Assembly: GCA_051000215.1 (NCBI GenBank)
Contig: JBPCON010000033.1
Location: 757-64,756, forward strand
Length of the DNA stretch: 64,000 bases
Direction of reading: 5' to 3'
Origin: Acidimicrobiales bacterium
Lineage (GTDB): Bacteria; Actinomycetota; Acidimicrobiia; Acidimicrobiales; JACDCH01
Shown piece by piece: positions 29,677 through 39,301 of the stretch. The notes beneath the pieces are model-generated. The model worked only from the letters and a program-made list of their open reading frames with translations, was not told the origin of the DNA and did no database searches. A program made the position numbers and the translations under genes. Numbering within the stretch: the stretch's first letter is position 1; every line of letters starts with the position of its first letter.

Positions 29677-30656
29677 CGGCCCTTCGTCGCGTCCACTGCG
29701 ACAGCTCCGACGACCGCAGCGCGCCAGGCGAAGAGGTGCGTGCCGCGCTCGGCCGGGGTCTTGCCGAGCCGGACGACGACGAGGTCCAGGTCGGGGCTGA
29801 TGAGGATCGACTGGCCCTCGTAGCCCGCTGCCCAGAACGAGCCGTGCTCGTCGCCGGTCACCCACCAATGCGCGCCGTAGAGCTTGCCGTCTTCAGGGTC
29901 GACCGAGAGGGGCCGGCGCCCGTGGTCGACCCAACCCTCGGGGAGCAGCCGGAGCCCGCCAGCGACGCCGTCGTGCAGGTACAGCTCGCCGAAGCGGGCG
30001 AAGTCGCGGGTTGTGGCATGGACGTATGAGGACGCGACCCAGGTGCCGGCAGCATCGAATGTCGCGCGCGCAGTCGTCATCGCGGTCGGACCGAAGAGGC
30101 GATCGGCAAGAAACGCCTCGACGGCGTCGCGCCCACCGATGGTGCGCCCGACGATCGCGCTGACGATGTTGGTCGTGCCGCTCGAGTAGCAGAACCGCTC
30201 ACCGGGCACCGCCGCGAGCTTTCGACTCTCCGCGTACGCGGCCACGTCTGAGGAGCCCGAGCCGAAGAGCATCTCGATGACATCGGAGCGACCGGCCTCG
30301 ACGTAGTCCTCGGCCCATGCCAGGCCATCGCGCATCTCGAGCAGGTGCTCGACGGTGATCGAGCGCCGCTCGTCCGCCTGCCACGCGGGCACCGGCGCCG
30401 GCGCAGCCACATCGAGCACACCGTCGGCCTGCAACATGCCGACGACGGCGTGGAGCATCGACTTGGCCATCGACCACGACAGCAGCAGGGTCTCGGCGCC
30501 AATCGGCTCGGCGGGCCGATCGAGGTGCGCCAGGGTTCCGGCATAGCGCTCGGCGACGACCTCGCCTCGGTACACGATCAGGAGGGCATTCGTCGTCGCC
30601 AAGGGTCCGATCTCATCGAACATGGCATCGACGAGCTGCTCGAGCGTCGGGTTCAT
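29673..30656 (-). CDS. serine hydrolase, beta-lactamase class C-like
   Basis: SMAK (SxxK), YSS, DFARFG and GYEGQ motifs. Confidence 0.88.
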   Translation of the reverse strand: MNPTLEQLVDAMFDEIGPLATTNALLIVYRGEVVAERYAGTLAHLDRPAEPIGAETLLLSWSMAKSMLHAVVGMLQADGVLDVAAPAPVPAWQADERRSITVEHLLEMRDGLAWAEDYVEAGRSDVIEMLFGSGSSDVAAYAESRKLAAVPGERFCYSSGTTNIVSAIVGRTIGGRDAVEAFLADRLFGPTAMTTARATFDAAGTWVASSYVHATTRDFARFGELYLHDGVAGGLRLLPEGWVDHGRRPLSVDPEDGKLYGAHWWVTGDEHGSFWAAGYEGQSILISPDLDLVVVRLGKTPAERGTHLFAWRAAVVGAVAVDATKGR

Positions 30657-30700
30657 CCGCGCATGTTGCCTCAACGCGCGCCGGGCATGATGGGCGGCGC

Positions 30701-31564
30701 ATGTGGATCGACTGGGACGTCGCCGCCGCGACCTCCATCGTGCTCGCGGTGGCGGTCCTGCTCTGGCGCAACGCGCGCGCCGGCTGGGCAATCGGACTAC
30801 GTGCCACAGCCCGCGAGCTGTCGCTCGTGCTCGCCCTCTACTCCGTGTGGCAATGGGCGCACGAACAGGCCGTGACGGAGGTGGCGGGCGCACGCGAGCA
30901 TGCGCTCTGGCTCTACGACCTCCAGCACAGCCTCCACATCCCTGACGAGATCGCGCTGCAGAAGGCTGTGCTCCCGCACGGCTGGCTCGCCCAAACGCTC
31001 AACGGCTACTACGCGCTCGTCCACGTCCCCGCGCTGATCTGCCTGCTCGTGTGGCTCTTCTTCGGCCATCGCGACCGCTATCCCTGGGTGCGCAACACCC
31101 TTGCGCTGCTCACCGCTGGTTGCCTTTTCCTCCAGACGATCCCCATGGCGCCGCCGCGCATGTTTCCCGAGCTCGGCTTCGTCGACACCGGACTGCTCTA
31201 CGGCCAGTCGGTCTACGGCCGCGGCGGGAGCGGCATCTCGAACCAGCTTGCAGCGATGCCGTCGGTGCACGTCGGATGGGCGCTCCTCGTCGGCCTCGCT
31301 GCGGCAGTGATCGGGAGCAGCCGTTGGCGGTGGGTGGTCCTCCTGCATCCCATCCTCACCGTCGTCGCGGTCACCGCTACCGCGAACCACTGGTACGGCG
31401 ACGGCATCGTCGCCGGCGCCATCCTCGTCGTGGCCCTTGCGATCGTCGCCGCCGCCGATCGGATCGCAGCATGTTGGCGGGACCGTGTCGGGGAGGCGCA
31501 CCGACCCGGCGAGTCGATGAGGATCACGTCGGTCACGCCTGCACCTACGCAGTCGCCTTCGTGA
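30701..31564 (+). CDS. PAP2-family membrane protein (IPC synthase-like)
   Basis: APPR, AAMPSVHVGW and TANHWYGD motifs. Confidence 0.85.
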   Translation: MWIDWDVAAATSIVLAVAVLLWRNARAGWAIGLRATARELSLVLALYSVWQWAHEQAVTEVAGAREHALWLYDLQHSLHIPDEIALQKAVLPHGWLAQTLNGYYALVHVPALICLLVWLFFGHRDRYPWVRNTLALLTAGCLFLQTIPMAPPRMFPELGFVDTGLLYGQSVYGRGGSGISNQLAAMPSVHVGWALLVGLAAAVIGSSRWRWVVLLHPILTVVAVTATANHWYGDGIVAGAILVVALAIVAAADRIAACWRDRVGEAHRPGESMRITSVTPAPTQSPS

Positions 31565-32528
31565 TGACCTCGCCGGCGAAGGCGACAGCTTCGAGATCCC
31601 ATCCGTCGCTGGGCATGTTGGCCGTGATGCCGTCGAGGCCGAGTGCGAGGAGGCCCTGCACCTGCTCGCCCACCTCGTCGGCGTCGCCGATGAGGAAGCG
31701 CGCGCCGAAGGCCTTGCGCGAGCCCTCGTCGAGATCGGCCCAGCGCATGCCCATGCCTGCAAGGCGCTCGTCGAGCTTGGCGACGCCCTCCTCGTGGGTG
31801 CGCCCGAGGAACAGCGACGCAAGCGGAGTCTTGTTGATCGTGGCCATGTCGCGACCGGCGCGCTCGCAGTGCGCGGCGAGCACCTCGAGCTTGTGAGGTA
31901 TCTCGTCGAACCCCGACGTGAAGTTGGCCATCTCTGCGTGCTCGGCCATCAGACGCAACGTCTTCTTCTCCCCCTGACCACCGATCATGATCGGCGGCCC
32001 ACCGGCTCGTATCGGAGCTGGGGAGTTGATCGCGTCCTTCACCCGGTAGTGCGCGCCTTCGATCGTCGGCCGTTCGCCGCGGAACATCGCGCGGCAGATG
32101 TGCAGCGCCTCCTCGAGGCGCTCGAAGCGCTCCTTGACCGGGGGGAACTCGACGCCCAGAGCCTCGTGCTCGAGGTCGAACCAGGCAGCGCCGATGCCAA
32201 GGAACGCCCGACCCTGCGAGATCACGTCGAGGGTCGTGACGATCTTGGCGAGAATCGATGGGTTCCGGTAGGTGACGCCCGTGACGAGGGTCCCGAGCAG
32301 GACCTTGTCTGTGCGCGCCGCGATGGCACCGAGCAGCGTGTACGCCTCGAGCATCTCGTGCTCCGGCGGGCCCAACATGGGCAGCTGGTAGAAGTGGTCC
32401 ATCACCATCACCGTGTCGAACCCGTTGCGCTCCGCTGTCTGGGCAACGGCGGCGATGCGCTCGAAAAGCTCGTCGGGGGCGACGTTGGGGTAGGTGAAGT
32501 TCGGGATCTGGAGACCGGCACGGATCAT
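31545..32528 (-). CDS. LLM class F420-dependent oxidoreductase
   Basis: MDHFYQ, LVTGVTYRNP, GIGAAW and IGGQGEKKTLR motifs. Confidence 0.88.
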   Translation of the reverse strand: MIRAGLQIPNFTYPNVAPDELFERIAAVAQTAERNGFDTVMVMDHFYQLPMLGPPEHEMLEAYTLLGAIAARTDKVLLGTLVTGVTYRNPSILAKIVTTLDVISQGRAFLGIGAAWFDLEHEALGVEFPPVKERFERLEEALHICRAMFRGERPTIEGAHYRVKDAINSPAPIRAGGPPIMIGGQGEKKTLRLMAEHAEMANFTSGFDEIPHKLEVLAAHCERAGRDMATINKTPLASLFLGRTHEEGVAKLDERLAGMGMRWADLDEGSRKAFGARFLIGDADEVGEQVQGLLALGLDGITANMPSDGWDLEAVAFAGEVITKATA

Positions 32529-32554
32529 GGGCGGTGGTCTACACCCGATGACGG

Positions 32555-33766
32555 CTATTCCTCCTCCTTCGCCTCCTCCTCGCCGGTCACGGGATCGACG
32601 ATGCGCTCGACCAGGTCGGCGACCCTGTCGCGGATGAGCCCGCGTCTGCGCCACGCCCGCTCCTCGGCGCGTTCACCGTCGAAGCCGTCGTCGACGGCCC
32701 TGACCGTCCACAGCTGCACGCGCCCGATGTGCTTGAGGTGGCGGGTGCGCAGCTGCTTCCAGCGAAGGGTCGGCTCGCCAGCCAGCGCTGCGTGCACCGC
32801 CGCGGAGACGACGACCGACCCCTCGTACGCGATGCCGACGATGCGCGACGCGAGGTTCACCGTCGGTCCGAAGAGGTCGCCCTCGCGCTCGAGCACTGCG
32901 CCGGACGCGATGCCGACACGCACGTCGGACAGCACATCGTCGCTGTGGTACGCCTCGGCCAACGCCAGCCCGATCATCACGGCGCGGCTGGGCTCTGCCA
33001 CGGCGTACATCACCTCGTCGCCGATCATCTTCACGACGCGCCCGCCGAGCTCGTTGACGACGTCGTATGCGGTCTGCTCGAACCGATCGACGACGCGAGC
33101 CAGCGCGTGATCGTCGAGCTGCTGGGAGAGCGCCGTGAAGCCCACGAGGTCGGCGAAGCCCACTGCAAGCCCGGCCGATTCGCCATCAGCGACAGCTGTG
33201 TCGCGGATCATGCGCCGATACGCCGCGACCTGCATGTGCCTGCGCCACGCGTACTCGAGGATCTGGGGCATCGTCGTCTGCAGCATCCCGGCGCGCAGCA
33301 CAGCAGGATCGGATCCCGCGGGGAGGCGCGGCACCCACGTTGAGTCGGCGCCCACGTCGTCGACGCGGGCTTCGATCGCGTCGATCTGCGCAGCCGCGAT
33401 TCGTGCCATCGAGACACCGATGACCCGCGCCATCTGCAGGGCAACATCCTCCTCGACGAGCCCGATGGCCATGAGCCGCTTCACGATGATCAAGAGGTCG
33501 ACGTCGGCTTGGGTGAAGGCCTTCTCATCAGCGAGCGGGTCGGGGAACCCGAGGGCACGCCAGAAGCGCTTCGCCTGCTCCCCCAGCCCGGAGAGCTCCA
33601 TCGCCTCGGGTTGGGTGAAGACGGGCTCGCCGGGGAAGATGAAGCTGCTCACGGCGAGCAACCCGAGCGTCCCGTCGGCAGTAGCCCTGTCGACGTCTCG
33701 CTCAGAAACGCCGAGCGAGAGCACCAGCTCGCGCATCGACTGGGGCCCCTCGGGCGGTTCGCTCAC
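32555..33766 (-). CDS. class III adenylate/guanylate cyclase with N-terminal regulatory domain
   Basis: FADLVGFT, VKMIGDEVM and GDLFGPTVNLASR motifs. Confidence 0.92.
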   Translation of the reverse strand: MSEPPEGPQSMRELVLSLGVSERDVDRATADGTLGLLAVSSFIFPGEPVFTQPEAMELSGLGEQAKRFWRALGFPDPLADEKAFTQADVDLLIIVKRLMAIGLVEEDVALQMARVIGVSMARIAAAQIDAIEARVDDVGADSTWVPRLPAGSDPAVLRAGMLQTTMPQILEYAWRRHMQVAAYRRMIRDTAVADGESAGLAVGFADLVGFTALSQQLDDHALARVVDRFEQTAYDVVNELGGRVVKMIGDEVMYAVAEPSRAVMIGLALAEAYHSDDVLSDVRVGIASGAVLEREGDLFGPTVNLASRIVGIAYEGSVVVSAAVHAALAGEPTLRWKQLRTRHLKHIGRVQLWTVRAVDDGFDGERAEERAWRRRGLIRDRVADLVERIVDPVTGEEEAKEEE

Positions 33767-35196
33767 CCGAAGCTCCTGCCCGGCTCGTCGACCCGGGCGC
33801 CGACTTCGATCGGCCCGTAGACACCCGGGAGCCCGCCACCCGGCTCGACCGGGGCGAGCAAGGCCTCGCCCGTGACGTCGGTGCTCGACCACGAGGGATC
33901 CAAACCAGGAGCGGTCAGCGTCAGGCCATGAGGCGCTTCCCACAGGAGTGCCGGCCGCGTGCCGTGCCAGCGCACCGCATAGGACACGACGCCGCCGGCC
34001 ACTGGCGCGTCGTGGACCTCGACGCCCTGCCCGAACCAAGCAGGATCCACATGCGGCCAGAGGGCGACACGGCCGTCGACGTCGTCGCCGATGAGGACAT
34101 CGCGGACCCGCGCCAGCAGCTCGGCAGGGGCGCTCGTCGGGTGGGACCGCGCCGGCCACGTCCACGTCGAGGATGCGGACGCGACGAGCGTTGCGACCCG
34201 TTCGAGCGCTCCCCCCCGGCGATCCAACTGGTCGCCGCGCACGACGAACCCGGCACCGGGGATGACCCGGTACCCGCGCCGCTCGGCGAGCTGGGCCAGC
34301 TCGTCGGCAAACCCCCAACGCTCCAGGCAGCCGAGCACCGTCGGGTCGTCGAATGCACGCTCGTCGGCGTTGAGCACGAGGGCGCTTCGGCACGCTGCGA
34401 CGCCCTGCTGGAGCCGCTCGTCGGGGACAGATATGCGCATCGCGCGCCGTAGGTGAGCCCCCCACCCGCTCGCGACCTGCGTGGCCGCCGGCAACGAGGA
34501 CGGGTCGACCTCGAAGGTAGCCAAGGCAACGCGACGCACCGCAGTGTGCGGGAGCGCGTAGACGAGCGCGAGCGTCGCGAGCCCGGCGCTGTCGCGCACC
34601 TCGCCGAGTTGGTCCGGCAGCCCTCGCGTTCCACCGAACACCTGCTCGGCGACGTCGATCGAGCCACGCGAACCTGCTGCGAAAGCGGGGGCGCTCCCCA
34701 ACGAGATGGCAGTGCGCCCGTTGAGAAGGACCATGTCGCCTTCGAGAGCGGCGCGCTTCAGCGTCGCGACCGAAGCGAGATCGTACGGGCGAACCGCAAG
34801 CGCGAGCGCGACAGGCACGTGCGAGCGGTTCTCGACCTCGACGACGACCGCGTCGCCGGCTGCGGCCCGAGCTCCGTAGCAGCGGTGCACGATCTCGCCG
34901 CCGGGCACCCGCATCGTTGTCTCCACGACCGGCGCTTCATCGATGAGCCCCTGGTGCACCCGCGTCGCTGGCTCGCGCGTCGGGATGTGCCACCCGTCCT
35001 CGGCTCCGATCCACCAGTCGAGCGACCACCCGCCGCGGGCAGCTACGACGAGCCCGCGTTGATCGACCGAAGCCGCCACGCCCGAGTCGACCGTGCCGAC
35101 CCCAGTGGCGATGGGCTGCTCTTCGCACGCCGATCGGGACTCGAGCCAGTCGGGCAACACCCAGCCCGTCGGGAGCGCCACCCGACGTCGAACCAT
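33763..35196 (-). CDS. conserved hypothetical protein (glycoside-hydrolase-like terminal domains)
   Basis: codon-coupled to gpsA and the cyclase; WSLDWWIGAED and SYAVRWHG..PALLWE. Confidence 0.65.
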   Translation of the reverse strand: MVRRRVALPTGWVLPDWLESRSACEEQPIATGVGTVDSGVAASVDQRGLVVAARGGWSLDWWIGAEDGWHIPTREPATRVHQGLIDEAPVVETTMRVPGGEIVHRCYGARAAAGDAVVVEVENRSHVPVALALAVRPYDLASVATLKRAALEGDMVLLNGRTAISLGSAPAFAAGSRGSIDVAEQVFGGTRGLPDQLGEVRDSAGLATLALVYALPHTAVRRVALATFEVDPSSLPAATQVASGWGAHLRRAMRISVPDERLQQGVAACRSALVLNADERAFDDPTVLGCLERWGFADELAQLAERRGYRVIPGAGFVVRGDQLDRRGGALERVATLVASASSTWTWPARSHPTSAPAELLARVRDVLIGDDVDGRVALWPHVDPAWFGQGVEVHDAPVAGGVVSYAVRWHGTRPALLWEAPHGLTLTAPGLDPSWSSTDVTGEALLAPVEPGGGLPGVYGPIEVGARVDEPGRSFG

Positions 35197-36194
35197 CAGG
35201 TGTGGTGTTCCAGCGTGACCTCGCGCCGTAGCAAGCCCCTGTACGCGTCCTCGGCCGAGCGCCCTTCGTGCACGACACCGACCACCTCGGAGACGATCGG
35301 CATCTCGACGCCGTGCTCCTCGGCGAGCTCGAGCACGGTGCGGCACGACTTCACCCCTTCAGCCACCTGGTTCATCTCAGCGATGACCTCATCGATCGTG
35401 CGACCCTTTCCGAGCTGCTCGCCGACCGAGCGGTTCCGCGACTGCGGGCTGATGCAGGTCGCCACGAGGTCGCCCATGCCCGCCATGCCCGCGAACGTCA
35501 TGGGGTCGCCCCCCATCGCGACTCCGAGACGGGTCATCTCGGCCAAGCCCCTCGTGATCACCGCGGCGCGCGTGTTGTCGCCGGTGCCCAATCCGTCGGC
35601 CATCCCCGTGGCTATGGCGATCACGTTCTTCACAACGCCGCCGACCTCGGAGCCGATCACGTCGCGGTTCACGTAGACGCGAAACACCTCGGTCGCGAAG
35701 ACGCGTTGCAGCTCAGCCCCGATGAACTCATCCGCCATCGCCACCACCGCGGCGGCAGCGTGACCGGCGAGGATCTCCTTGGCGAGGTTCGGCCCCGACA
35801 GCACCGCGACGGGATGTCCGGGGAGCACGTCGTGCACGAGCTGGCTCATGCGCAGACGGGTGCCGCCCTCGAGGCCCTTGGCCAGGCTCACCACCGGCAC
35901 CCAAGGCCGCACGTGCGCCGCGACTCCTTCGAGCGCGGCACGAAAGCCGTGCGACGGCACCCCCATGACGACCACGTCGGCCTCGCACACCGCCTCGTCC
36001 AACGATGAGGTCGCCTCGAGATCCGCGTGCAGCTCGAACGGCGCGAGGTAATCGCCGTTGCGGTGCTCGAGCGCGATCTGATCCGCGAGCTCCTTGCGGC
36101 GCGCCCACAAGACGGTCGGCGTGTTGTGAGCCGCGAGGTGCGCGACGGTCGTACCCCACGAGCCCGCACCGATGACCGCAACGCGGATCGTCAT
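35196..36194 (-). CDS. gpsA: NAD(P)H-dependent glycerol-3-phosphate dehydrogenase
   Basis: GAGSWGT, SGPNLAKE, KNVIAIA, GDLVATC.S..SRN and EGVKS motifs. Confidence 0.95.
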   Translation of the reverse strand: MTIRVAVIGAGSWGTTVAHLAAHNTPTVLWARRKELADQIALEHRNGDYLAPFELHADLEATSSLDEAVCEADVVVMGVPSHGFRAALEGVAAHVRPWVPVVSLAKGLEGGTRLRMSQLVHDVLPGHPVAVLSGPNLAKEILAGHAAAAVVAMADEFIGAELQRVFATEVFRVYVNRDVIGSEVGGVVKNVIAIATGMADGLGTGDNTRAAVITRGLAEMTRLGVAMGGDPMTFAGMAGMGDLVATCISPQSRNRSVGEQLGKGRTIDEVIAEMNQVAEGVKSCRTVLELAEEHGVEMPIVSEVVGVVHEGRSAEDAYRGLLRREVTLEHHT

Positions 36195-36272
36195 GCCATG
36201 ACCTTACGTCGAGCCCTCGCACGCGGGCGCCAACGGGAGGGGCGAAGCGCGCGGGTCAGTAGCATCCGGCGG

Positions 36273-36836
36273 ATCGCAGCCACGCACGTGCTCATCCCGA
36301 TCAAGTCGTTCCGGCGCGCCAAGTTGCGCCTCGCACCCACCCTCGGGCGCGAGCAACGAGAGGCGCTCGCGCGGCGCATGGCAGCGCGGGTCGTGACCGC
36401 AGCAAGCCCGCTTCCCGTTGCGGTCGTGTGCGACGACGACGACGTCGCATCGTGGGCCCATGCCCGCGGCGCCGACGTCGTGTGGGCACCAGGTCTCGGC
36501 CTCAACGGCGCGGTGCAGCACGGCGTCTCGCGCCTCGGTGAGACCGGGGCGCTCGAGGTGATCGTCGCTCATGGCGACCTCCCGCTCGCTGACGACCTCA
36601 GCCGGCTCGCCGGCTTTCCTGGTCTGACCCTCGTACCGGATCGCCGTGACGATGGCACCAACGTGCTCGTCGTGCCGACAGGCATCGACTTCACATTCTC
36701 CTACGGCGCAGCTTCCCTCGCTCGCCATCGCGACGAGGCGGATCGCCTCGTGCTCCCCTACCGCGTGCTGCGCGACCCGCGGCTCGCGTGGGACGTCGAC
36801 GTACCCGCTGACCTCGAAGACCTCACGTGGGGGTGA
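36273..36836 (+). CDS. cofC: 2-phospho-L-lactate/PEP guanylyltransferase (F420 biosynthesis)
   Basis: PIKSF..AKLRL, GLNGA, DLP, GTN and DVD.PADL motifs; divergent from gpsA; start either ATC 36273 or GTG 36288. Confidence 0.88.
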   Translation: MAATHVLIPIKSFRRAKLRLAPTLGREQREALARRMAARVVTAASPLPVAVVCDDDDVASWAHARGADVVWAPGLGLNGAVQHGVSRLGETGALEVIVAHGDLPLADDLSRLAGFPGLTLVPDRRDDGTNVLVVPTGIDFTFSYGAASLARHRDEADRLVLPYRVLRDPRLAWDVDVPADLEDLTWG

Positions 36837-37564
36837 GCCGTGACCTCGCGACGCCAGCGCGCGCGCTCGCGATCGCAGCCCACCCCGACGACGTCGAGTT
36901 CGGCTGCGGCGCCACGTTCGCGAAGTGGTCGGCTTCTGGCGCGACCTGCCACCACCTGGTCCTCACCGACGGGTCGAAAGGCTCGTGGGACCCGCGCCAG
37001 AACGGATCGGAGCTGATCGCCGAGCGCAAGCGTGAGCAGCAAGCTGCGGCGCAGGCGCTTGGCTGCACCGGTGCGGTGCACTTCCTCGAACGCGTCGACG
37101 GAGAGTTGGAGGCCGACCTGGTCACCAGAGCCGAGGTCGCCCGGCACATCCGCGAGCTGCGGCCAGACGTCGTGATCGGCCACGACCCCTGGAAGCGCTA
37201 CCGGTTGCATCCCGACCACCGAAACGCGGGGCTCCTCGCGATCGAGGGTGTCGTGGCAGCGCGAGATCCTCATTTCTTCTCCGACCAGCGCATCGACAGC
37301 TGGCGTCCGACCGCGATCCTGTTGTGGGAGGCCGACGAGGTCGACCACGTCGAAGACGTGACCGGCTACGTCGGCGCCAAGCTCGCAGCGCTCGAAGCGC
37401 ACACGAGCCAGCTGCGCTCGACGATGGGGGTGATCGCGGGCGAGCCCGACGAGCCCGCACAACGGGCAGCGTTCGCTCGCCGCGTCAGCGACCGCCTCGC
37501 AGCGTTCGGACGCCAGGCAGGCGTGGCCTACGGCGAAGCGTTCAAGCTCATCACCGACTTGTAG
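36833..37564 (+). CDS. PIG-L/LmbE family deacetylase
   Basis: AHPDD, HPDH and AHTSQ motifs; GTGA overlap with cofC. Confidence 0.88.
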   Translation: MSRDLATPARALAIAAHPDDVEFGCGATFAKWSASGATCHHLVLTDGSKGSWDPRQNGSELIAERKREQQAAAQALGCTGAVHFLERVDGELEADLVTRAEVARHIRELRPDVVIGHDPWKRYRLHPDHRNAGLLAIEGVVAARDPHFFSDQRIDSWRPTAILLWEADEVDHVEDVTGYVGAKLAALEAHTSQLRSTMGVIAGEPDEPAQRAAFARRVSDRLAAFGRQAGVAYGEAFKLITDL

Positions 37565-38372
37565 GTCCGCGCGACGGTGGCAACGTCGGCGCGCCGGCGA
37601 AGCACTGCGCGATCGACAGCCACTCGGCAGCGGCGTCGCCTTCGAGCTCGAGCGCGGTCTCGGCGACCCCGCGGCGCTGGGTGACCACGAGGCAGAAGTC
37701 CTGTGCCGAGCCCCGGACAACGTCGACCGCGGCAGCGTCGCCTGCCATCCAGCGCGCGCCGGTAGGGAGCAGCAGCTCGACCCGCACCGGCGAGGCCGGC
37801 ACCTCGCGCCCGCGCACGGTGTAGCTCCAACCGCGCGTCGAGAAGCCCAGGTGGCAGATGTGGCGCAACCGGTCGGTTGGTGACCGATCGACCCGATGGC
37901 CGGCCGACGCCAGCCCGTCGACGACGTCCTGACCGTGAGCCCACGTCTCCATGAGCCGAGCGGTGGCGAACGACCGCACGCTCATCGGCGGCCCGTACCA
38001 AGGCAGGCGCACCCCTTCGTCCAGCGCGTGGAGCGCGTCGAGGCACGAGGCACGCGCGGTGCGCCATGCAACCAGAAGCGCGACGCCCGTGCTGTCGCGA
38101 GCGAGGCGCCCGGCCAGCTCCTCGAACGCTGGGAAGTCAGCGAGGGCCGCGTCGCGCTCGACCGTGAAGGCCGCAGGATCAGCCGCTGCGAGCCGCCCAC
38201 GATCATCGAAGAACGCGAGGTGGCCGATCTGGTCGCGCACCAGCCAAGGCGACGCCGGCGTGAGGACGTCCCACGCTGCGTCGTCGAGCGGCTCGACGAC
38301 GGCATCGAGCGCCTTGTGCTCCGCCTCCAGCTCCTCGAGAAGCGAATGCACGTCTTGGGCAGCGGCGGCCAC
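37551..38372 (-). CDS. TIGR03084-like DinB/MDMPI family metal-binding protein
   Basis: W.VRDQIGHLAFFD, PWYGPPMS and ARLMETWAHGQD motifs. Confidence 0.85.
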   Translation of the reverse strand: MAAAAQDVHSLLEELEAEHKALDAVVEPLDDAAWDVLTPASPWLVRDQIGHLAFFDDRGRLAAADPAAFTVERDAALADFPAFEELAGRLARDSTGVALLVAWRTARASCLDALHALDEGVRLPWYGPPMSVRSFATARLMETWAHGQDVVDGLASAGHRVDRSPTDRLRHICHLGFSTRGWSYTVRGREVPASPVRVELLLPTGARWMAGDAAAVDVVRGSAQDFCLVVTQRRGVAETALELEGDAAAEWLSIAQCFAGAPTLPPSRGPTSR

Positions 38373-38417
38373 GCCCTCATCATGGCCGCCTCGCGCGCCA
38401 CGTGTTACGAAGCTGGC

Positions 38418-38639
38418 GTGCTCGCAGACGGGACATACGACGTTTTCGTCGTCGACGCCGCGGTGGAGGGCGACCAGACAAACCTCGAGCTGACGATCCT
38501 CGCAGGCGAGCGCAAAGGTGAGATCGTCGCGGTGCGCGCCGTGGGGCTCGGTCGCGACGAGCTCGACCTGCTCGGCCTGCCGGCGACGCTCACCGTCGAA
38601 AAGGGTGTGCCAACGGTCGCCATCGACGACAAGCTCTGA
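38418..38639 (+). CDS. small hypothetical protein
   Basis: LADGTYDVFVVDA..LTILAGERKGE; coding-like codon usage; fills the gap before the GNAT gene. Confidence 0.6.
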   Translation: MLADGTYDVFVVDAAVEGDQTNLELTILAGERKGEIVAVRAVGLGRDELDLLGLPATLTVEKGVPTVAIDDKL

Positions 38640-38640
38640 C

Positions 38641-39300
38641 ATGGCGCTCGTCGATCACTGGCCACTGTTCGGGCTGGAGGTGCACACCCCCCTGCTCGTG
38701 CTGCGATATCCCGACGAAGACCTCAGCCTCGAGCTCGTCGAGCTCGCGGAGCGCGGGGTGCACGACCCGTCGACGATGCCGTTCCTCGTCCCGTGGACCG
38801 ACGACCCGCCTCGCGCCCACCTCCAGCACCTGTGGCGCAACCGCGCCGATTGGAAGCCAGACGGATGGCACCTCCAGCTCGTCGCTCTCCTCGACGGCGT
38901 CGTGGTCGGGACGCAGGCCGTGAGCGGTACGAATTTCGCGGCGCGCCGGACCGCCGAGACCGGTTCATGGGTCGGTCTCGCCCATCAAGGTCGCGGCATC
39001 GGCAAGGAGATGCGCGCCGCGATCTTGCACCTCGCGTTCGCCGGGCTCGACGCGCGCATCGCTACGACGGCCGCCTGGCACGACAACGCTGCTTCGCTCG
39101 CCGTGACGCGCGCGCTCTGCTACGAGCCCAACGGCTCGACGCCCGAGATGCGCCGCGAGAGGGCCGAAGAGCAGCTTCGCTTCGTCTTGACCCGCCAGGG
39201 CTGGGAGGCGCGTCGTCGCGACGACATCGAGCTGGTCGGCCTCGAGCCGTGCCTCTCGATGTTCGGCTGCGCGACGCCAAGCTCGGCGGGAGCAAGCTGA
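38641..39300 (+). CDS. GNAT acyltransferase (Rv0802c-like)
   Basis: WPLFGL, ETGSW, QGRGIGKEMRAA and DNAASL motifs. Confidence 0.85.
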   Translation: MALVDHWPLFGLEVHTPLLVLRYPDEDLSLELVELAERGVHDPSTMPFLVPWTDDPPRAHLQHLWRNRADWKPDGWHLQLVALLDGVVVGTQAVSGTNFAARRTAETGSWVGLAHQGRGIGKEMRAAILHLAFAGLDARIATTAAWHDNAASLAVTRALCYEPNGSTPEMRRERAEEQLRFVLTRQGWEARRRDDIELVGLEPCLSMFGCATPSSAGAS

Positions 39301-39301
39301 C

